Assembly: GCF_910578895.1 (NCBI RefSeq)
Contig: NZ_CAJTSC010000010.1
Coordinates: forward strand, 9,818 to 73,817
Direction: 5' to 3'
Source: an uncultured Bacteroides sp.
GTDB lineage: Bacteria > Bacteroidota > Bacteroidia > Bacteroidales > Bacteroidaceae
Length of the DNA: 64,000 nucleotides
Part shown: positions 62,717 to 64,000 of the stretch, piece after piece
Layout of the letters: the number at the start of each line of letters is the position of its first letter
How positions within the stretch are numbered: position 1 is the stretch's first letter
The notes under the pieces: model-generated
What the model saw: only the letters and a program-made list of their open reading frames with translations
What the model was told of the DNA's origin: nothing
Database searches by the model: none
Program-made: the position numbers and the translations under genes

Positions 62717-64000
62717 CCCGCATCATCGGCGCGCGCCGCATAGGCGACGTGCCGGCGGCAATCGGATGGCTGCTGACGGACAGCCGTTCGCTGAGTTTTC
62801 CGGAAGAGACCCTGTTTTTCGCGCTCGCCACCAAGCGGAACGACGGCGCACGCTACATCGGCGAGCTGCATGCGCGCGGCGTGCGCAATTTCGTGGTGGG
62901 CGAGGAGAGCCTTAAGGCGGTGGACACGGACGCCCTGCAACCGGCGTGCAACCTGCTGGTGGTGCCCAACCCGCTGAAGGCGTTGCAGAAACTGGCGGAA
63001 CAGCACCGCGCCGCGTTCCAGGTGCCGGTCATCGGCATCACGGGCAGCAACGGGAAGACCATTGTGAAGGAGTGGCTGCACCAGCTGCTCGGCGCGGACC
63101 GCGTCGTCACCCGCTCGCCCCGCAGCTACAATTCGCAGATAGGCGTGCCCCTGTCCGTGTGGCAGATGAACGAGCGCACGGAGCTTGCCATCCTGGAGGC
63201 GGGCATTTCCGAACCGGGAGAGATGCGCGCCCTGCAGAACATCATCAGGCCCACCATCGGCATACTGACCAACATAGGCGGGGCGCATCAGGAGAATTTC
63301 TTCTCCCTGCAGGAGAAGTGCATGGAGAAGCTGGCGCTCTTCAAGGATTGCGACGTGGTGATTTACAACGGCGACGACGAGTTCATCACCAACTGCGTGG
63401 GCAGGTCGATGCTTGCCGCCCGCGAGATAGCGTGGAGCAGGACGGACATGGAGCGCCCGCTATATATAAGCAAGGTGGAGAAGCGTGACGACTCCACCGT
63501 GATTTCCTACCGCTACCTGGACATGGACAATACGTTCACGCTGCCCTTCATCGACGACGCTTCCATCGAGAACTCGCTGAACTGCCTGGCGGCGTGTCTT
63601 TATCTGATGCTGCCCGCCGAACGGATTACGGAGCGCATGGCGGCGCTGGAGCCGGTGGCGATGCGCCTGGAGGTGAAGGAGGGCAAGAACGGGTGCCTGC
63701 TGATAAACGACAGTTACAACTCGGACCTCGGCGCGCTGGACCTTGCGCTCGACTTCCTCTACCGCCGCTCGCAGAGCAAGGGGCTGAAGCGGACGCTTAT
63801 CCTCTCGGACATACTGGAGACGGGGCAGAACACGCCGACGCTCTACCGCCAGGTGGCGCAGCTGGTGCACAGCCGGGGCATAGAGCGCATTATCGGCGTG
63901 GGTGGCGAGATATCCTCGTGCGCCGCGCGGTTCGACATCGAGAAGGCTTTCTATCCCAACACGGCGGCGCTTGCCGAGGCGATAGGCAAGGGCGCGCTCC
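62692..64000 (+). CDS. murF: UDP-N-acetylmuramoyl-tripeptide--D-alanyl-D-alanine ligase, 5' part (probably the Bacteroides MurF-Alr fusion); runs off the window end
   Basis: I read the frame by hand, and it stays open from the ATG at 62692 to the window end. The translation reads MSYTIEEIARIIGARRIG...GITGSNGKTIVKEWL...NDSYNSD. It is absent from the ORF track because it has no stop in the window. It overlaps the GSCFA gene by 25 nt. Confidence 0.8.
   Translation, partial: MSYTIEEIARIIGARRIGDVPAAIGWLLTDSRSLSFPEETLFFALATKRNDGARYIGELHARGVRNFVVGEESLKAVDTDALQPACNLLVVPNPLKALQKLAEQHRAAFQVPVIGITGSNGKTIVKEWLHQLLGADRVVTRSPRSYNSQIGVPLSVWQMNERTELAILEAGISEPGEMRALQNIIRPTIGILTNIGGAHQENFFSLQEKCMEKLALFKDCDVVIYNGDDEFITNCVGRSMLAAREIAWSRTDMERPLYISKVEKRDDSTVISYRYLDMDNTFTLPFIDDASIENSLNCLAACLYLMLPAERITERMAALEPVAMRLEVKEGKNGCLLINDSYNSDLGALDLALDFLYRRSQSKGLKRTLILSDILETGQNTPTLYRQVAQLVHSRGIERIIGVGGEISSCAARFDIEKAFYPNTAALAEAIGKGAL

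Noticed and set aside
1-64000. An autonomous mobile element (IS, transposon, integrase or ICE genes) that could explain the MITE-like repeats.
   Set aside because: No translated ORF in the window shows a transposase (DDE), tyrosine or serine recombinase, or relaxase motif. Any mobilising enzyme must be encoded elsewhere in the genome.

Overview
This is a 64-kb chromosomal segment from a fairly GC-rich member of the Bacteroidales. Gene content, gene order and TAnnTTTG-type promoter boxes look Bacteroides-like, but I cannot fix the exact taxon from the sequence alone. It holds about 50 genes, mostly housekeeping: parA-parB, a DUF456 protein, surE-lpxB, rsfS-ftsH-cdsA, tRNA-Gln(CUG), a DUF349 protein, mgtE, rsmA, pepD, a 1945-aa alpha-2-macroglobulin without a thioester, a DUF1573 protein, meaB, uxuA plus an SDR and an AraC regulator, the 11-subunit nuoA-B-CD-H-I-J-K-L-M-N operon, trkH-trkA, dxs, a GSCFA protein and the 5' part of a murF-type ligase. 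Five things stand out. (1) A compact ABC-ATPase plus DUF4435/Toprim gene pair looks like a PARIS/AbiL-type defence candidate (30252-32144). (2) A ~5.7-kb Rhs/YD-repeat polymorphic toxin is broken by three frameshifts in the same direction, and its AT-rich C-terminal toxin tip is tightly followed by a lipoprotein immunity gene (51823-57937). (3) A phage-like module lies next to the Rhs locus: an S24/CI-like repressor, a Zn-ribbon protein, a DUF4373 protein, an HU protein and a 34-codon smalltalk-like ORF. (4) Three tandem paralogous 24-31-codon ORFs lie upstream of the A2M gene. (5) Intergenic DNA is saturated with at least three repeat families: two MITE-like palindromic elements, one inserted into the other with a candidate target-site duplication, and A/T-rich heptamer tracts that fill spacers inside operons. 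I saw no rRNA, CRISPR array, transposase or integrase. All protein family calls come from motif-level recognition of the supplied translations, not from database searches.
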